This document shows positions 60,652-64,000 of a DNA stretch of 64,000 nt, piece after piece. The stretch is from Alphaproteobacteria bacterium (GTDB taxonomy: Bacteria > Pseudomonadota > Alphaproteobacteria > MPNO01): NCBI GenBank assembly GCA_965248835.1, contig CBDFLJ010000002.1, positions 2,336,001 to 2,400,000 on the forward strand, written 5' to 3'. How positions within the stretch are numbered: position 1 is the stretch's first letter; each line of letters opens with the position of its first letter. The notes under the pieces were generated by a model, which saw nothing but the letters and a program-made list of their open reading frames with translations, was not told the DNA's origin and made no database searches. Position numbers and translations under genes: made by a program.

Positions 60652-61176
60652 ATGATGGCAATGGTTCGCCTCATCGACCGGGTGAACGGGTTGTCCGGCG
60701 TCATTGTCGCCTGGGTCGTGTTCCCCCTGATACTCGCGAGCTGCTTCGAGGTCTTTTCCCGCTATGCGCTGAACGCGCCGACGATATGGGCGTTCGAGCT
60801 GGGTTACATGGCAATGGGGACCCATGCCCTGATCGGCGCCGCTTATACGCTGCGGGAAGGCGGCCATATCCGCATCGACGTGCTCTACAGCCACTTTCCC
60901 GACAAGACCAAGGCGGTCGTCGACACGGCCGGGTATCTGCTGCTGTTTCTCCCGGTGGTCTGCTGGGTGAGCTACGGTCTTTGGGACTATTGGGTCGAGG
61001 CCTATGTCGACAACGACCATTCGGGACAATCCGCCTGGAACCCGGTGATCTGGCCGTTTCGTCTGGTGTTTTTCGTCGGCTATTTCCTGCTCGCGTTGCA
61101 GGGCGTGGCGGAGCTCGTCAGATGCGTTCGCGTCCTGACCGGGAAGACGCCCGAGGGGCAGCCGCCCGATGGGTGA
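60652..61176 (+). CDS. dctQ: TRAP transporter small permease
   Basis: EVFSRY, APTIWAFE, HIRID. Confidence 0.93.
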   Translation: MMAMVRLIDRVNGLSGVIVAWVVFPLILASCFEVFSRYALNAPTIWAFELGYMAMGTHALIGAAYTLREGGHIRIDVLYSHFPDKTKAVVDTAGYLLLFLPVVCWVSYGLWDYWVEAYVDNDHSGQSAWNPVIWPFRLVFFVGYFLLALQGVAELVRCVRVLTGKTPEGQPPDG

Positions 61177-62491
61177 TTATCTCGCTTTGATCATGTTTCC
61201 GGTGCTGTTGCTGGCGCTGTTTATTGGGTTCCCCGTCGCCTTTTCCATGATGGGCGTCGCCCTGGTCTTCGGCTATCTGACCTTCGATTCCGCGGTCATC
61301 TTTCAGTTCGCCCAGAAGGTCGACGCCGTCGCATCGAATTTCGTCCTCGCGGCCGTGCCGTTGTTCATTTTCATGGGGGCGATGCTGGAGCGTTCCGGGA
61401 TCGCGGAAAAGCTGTTCGAGGCGGTGCATCTCTGGACCCGCCGCCTGCCGGGCGGCCTGGCCGTCGGCACTGTGGTCATGTGCGTGATTTTCGCCGCATC
61501 GTCGGGGGTCATCGGAGCCACCGAGACCGTCGTCGGGCTCCTGGCGATCCCGGTGATGATGAGATACGCCTACGACAAGGGCCTGATCTCCGGCACCATC
61601 TGCGCCGGCGGTTCGCTGGGGACGATCATTCCCCCGTCGGTGGTGGTGGTGGTGCTGGGCCCGGTGGCCGATGTCTCGGTCGGCGATCTCTTCGTCGGGA
61701 TGGTGTTCCCCGGCTTGCTGATGGCCGGGCTCTACATCGCCTATATCCTGGTTCGTTGCACCGTCGATCCCCGGGCCGGGCCGAGGATTCCGCCCTCGCC
61801 GGACGAGCCGCCGCTGCTCGCGAGGATCCACGTCACGCTGGTCGCCCTGGCTCCGCCCGTGGCGATGATCACCGCGGTGCTGGGTTCGATCATGTTCGGC
61901 CTCGCCGCGCCCACGGAAGCGGCCGCGCTCGGTGCCCTCGGGTCGATAATCCTGGCGATCCTCTATCGGCGCTTCAGCCTCGCGGTGTTGAACGAGGCCG
62001 TGCTGAAGACCCTGAAGGTCACCTGCATGATCTTCCTGATCCTGCTCGGCGGGAACATGTTTGCGGGCGTCTTCGTGGGGTCCGGCGGCATCGCGCTGGC
62101 GCAGGACCTCATCCAGCAGGCCCAATTGACGCCGTGGATGACGCTCGCGGTGTTTCTGTTCATATGCTTCGCCGCCGGGTTCGTGCTGGACTGGATCTCG
62201 GTGCTGTTGATCTTCATCCCGGTCTTCATGCCCATCGTCGAGTCGATGGGGTTCGATCCGGTCTGGTTCTGCGTCATGTTCCTGGTGGTGATCCAGACCA
62301 GCTATCTGACGCCGCCGATGGCCCCGGCGATCTTCTATCTGCGCGGCATCAGCCCGCCGGAGATCACCCTCCGCCACATGTTTTCCGGCGTGGTCCCCTT
62401 CATCCTCTTGCAGTTGATCTGCCTGGCGATCGTCGGCTATTTCCCGCAAATGGTGCTCTGGTTGCCGGCGCAGCTCCTCGGTTTCAGGTAG
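61169..62491 (+). CDS. dctM: TRAP transporter large permease
   Basis: AVPLFIFMG, GSLGTIIPPS, PTEAAA, LTPP. Confidence 0.95.
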   Translation: MGDYLALIMFPVLLLALFIGFPVAFSMMGVALVFGYLTFDSAVIFQFAQKVDAVASNFVLAAVPLFIFMGAMLERSGIAEKLFEAVHLWTRRLPGGLAVGTVVMCVIFAASSGVIGATETVVGLLAIPVMMRYAYDKGLISGTICAGGSLGTIIPPSVVVVVLGPVADVSVGDLFVGMVFPGLLMAGLYIAYILVRCTVDPRAGPRIPPSPDEPPLLARIHVTLVALAPPVAMITAVLGSIMFGLAAPTEAAALGALGSIILAILYRRFSLAVLNEAVLKTLKVTCMIFLILLGGNMFAGVFVGSGGIALAQDLIQQAQLTPWMTLAVFLFICFAAGFVLDWISVLLIFIPVFMPIVESMGFDPVWFCVMFLVVIQTSYLTPPMAPAIFYLRGISPPEITLRHMFSGVVPFILLQLICLAIVGYFPQMVLWLPAQLLGFR

Positions 62492-62540
62492 CGGCGACGA
62501 TGACCGGGGGGCTTGACCTTCGCTTCTGCTTGATGTTTTA

Positions 62541-62552
62541 CTGATATATCAG
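62541..62552. promoter_or_regulatory. Perfect palindrome CTGATATATCAG, putative GntR operator
   Basis: Related copies at 59102-59113 and 57357-57368, each upstream of a transcription unit. Confidence 0.7.
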
Positions 62553-62610
62553 ACACTGGGCGGGATGCGACACCGTCGCCGCTGATCCCGCGCGCGAGCC
62601 GAGAACCGCC

Positions 62611-63510
62611 ATGACACCAGACGAAATTCGTGCAATCCCGCCGAAATTCCTGAGCGAGGCGCAGCGGGAATCCTATTTCGAGACCGGCTATCTGCTGGTG
62701 GAAAAGGCCATATCCGACGACTGGATCGAACGGTTGTGCGCGACCACCGAGGAGATGATCGACCGCAGCCGCGCGATCGGGCGTTCGGACGCGGTGTGGG
62801 ATCTGGAAGAGGGTCACGGCGCCGCCAAGCCCCGCCTCCGCCGGCTCTCCAGCCCCAACGACGAGCATCCGACCTACTGGGACTATGCGGCCAAGTCGAT
62901 CGTGCCGGACATCGTCGCCGACCTGGTCGGGCCCAATGTGAAATTCCATCACTCCAAGCTCAACTTCAAATGGGCCGAGGGCGGCGAAGCCGTCAAATGG
63001 CACCAGGACATCGGCTTCTGGCCGCATACGAACTACAGCCCGTTGACGGTCGGCACCTATCTCTACGATTGCGGCCCCGACCAGGGACCGCTCTGCGTGG
63101 TCTCGGGAAGCCACAACGACGGTCTGCTCGATCAGTACAACGACGAGGGGGAGTGGGTCGGCTGCCTGTCCGACGCGGATGCGGCGGAGATCGACATGTC
63201 CCGGGTCAGGGATCTCGAGGGGCCGGCGGGGTCGATCACCATTCACAACTGCCGCACCATTCACAGCTCCCGGCCGAACAACTCGCCGATCAGCCGCCCG
63301 CTATTGTTGAACGTCTATGCGGCCGTCGACGCGTTCGCCTATACGGTCAATCCGCTTCGTTCCCGTTACGACCGGGCGATCCTGCGCGGCGGGCCCGTCC
63401 GATGGGCCCATCACGACCCGCGCCCGTGCCTGATGCCGCCGGATTGGTCGGGCGGCTACACGTCGATATTCGCCCTTCAGCAAGAGGAAGACCGGCACGC
63501 GTCGCCGTAG
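62611..63510 (+). CDS. Phytanoyl-CoA dioxygenase (PhyH) family Fe/2OG dioxygenase
   Basis: WHQD (HxD), SGSH, AGS, HSS.PN...R. Confidence 0.93.
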   Translation: MTPDEIRAIPPKFLSEAQRESYFETGYLLVEKAISDDWIERLCATTEEMIDRSRAIGRSDAVWDLEEGHGAAKPRLRRLSSPNDEHPTYWDYAAKSIVPDIVADLVGPNVKFHHSKLNFKWAEGGEAVKWHQDIGFWPHTNYSPLTVGTYLYDCGPDQGPLCVVSGSHNDGLLDQYNDEGEWVGCLSDADAAEIDMSRVRDLEGPAGSITIHNCRTIHSSRPNNSPISRPLLLNVYAAVDAFAYTVNPLRSRYDRAILRGGPVRWAHHDPRPCLMPPDWSGGYTSIFALQQEEDRHASP

Positions 63511-63536
63511 CCGGTGCGAACGAGGAGGACCACGAG

Positions 63537-64000
63537 ATGATGAGCCAGCGACAGGTCGAGTTCCGCCGGGAGTACCGCTCTCGCATCGCCGGTTGGTACA
63601 ACGGGTATTTCCATGTGGCGGTGATCTATGCGATGGGCGGCGCCGCGCTGCTCTACTTCCTGAGCCACCTCCAGAGCGTCCTGTGGTGGGAATGGCTGTT
63701 CGTGCCGGTGTTCTTTCTCGGCTGCAACGTCTTCGAATGGACGGTCCACCGTTTCGTCATGCATCGGCCCTACAACCAGCCCGGCCTGAGGGCCGTCTAT
63801 GTGCGCCACACGCTGAACCATCACCAGTTCTTTTCCGATTCCGAAATGCGCTTCCGGGGTCCGGGCGACTGGCGGGTGACGGTCTTTCCGCCCTTTGCCC
63901 TGGTCACCTTCATCGTCATGTCGGCGCCGGCCGCGGTGGTCCTCGGCCTCGCGGTTTCCGCTAATGCCGGCTGGCTGCTGATCACCACCACGGTGAGCAT
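63537..64000 (+). CDS. Sterol desaturase / fatty acid hydroxylase family protein (runs off the window)
   Basis: RBS GAGGAGG; MMSQRQVEFR...; His boxes EWTVHRFVMH and RHTLNHHQFF. Confidence 0.85.
   Translation, partial: MMSQRQVEFRREYRSRIAGWYNGYFHVAVIYAMGGAALLYFLSHLQSVLWWEWLFVPVFFLGCNVFEWTVHRFVMHRPYNQPGLRAVYVRHTLNHHQFFSDSEMRFRGPGDWRVTVFPPFALVTFIVMSAPAAVVLGLAVSANAGWLLITTTVS

Noticed and set aside
59512-62544. Long antisense and alternative-frame ORFs over the TRAP genes, and similar ones across the window
   Set aside because: Shadow ORFs expected from high GC and codon bias; Arg/Pro/Gly-rich with no motifs

Overview
GC-rich accessory region, most likely from an alphaproteobacterium (inferred from Rhodospirillales-like gene content and the alphaproteobacterial-style SecA/AccA remnants). 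It is a mosaic of three layers. (1) Defence and toxin-antitoxin genes: AAA ATPase plus RloB-like protein, HigBA, a DUF433/PIN pair, an orphan HTH antitoxin, relics of type I and III restriction genes and a TIR-type gene, and a tightly coupled four-gene operon hipB-hipA-SIR2 NADase-large unknown protein. (2) Many IS elements and remnants: IS1380, IS5, IS256, IS66, IS110, IS21, IS6, and a tyrosine recombinase plus IS91-like unit. (3) Catabolic and transport genes: three TRAP loci, two amidases, EmrAB-MarR, a molybdopterin oxidoreductase, and a GntR-controlled panB-like/TRAP/PhyH/desaturase cluster. The strongest candidates for something new are the HipBA-linked, apparently split Dsr1-like sirtuin system (24805-30372) and three short palindromic, frame-preserving insertions found inside transposase genes (19681-19723, 46541-46564, 46958-46981). 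No rRNA, intact tRNA or CRISPR array was seen. All family assignments come from motif recognition by eye, not database searches.
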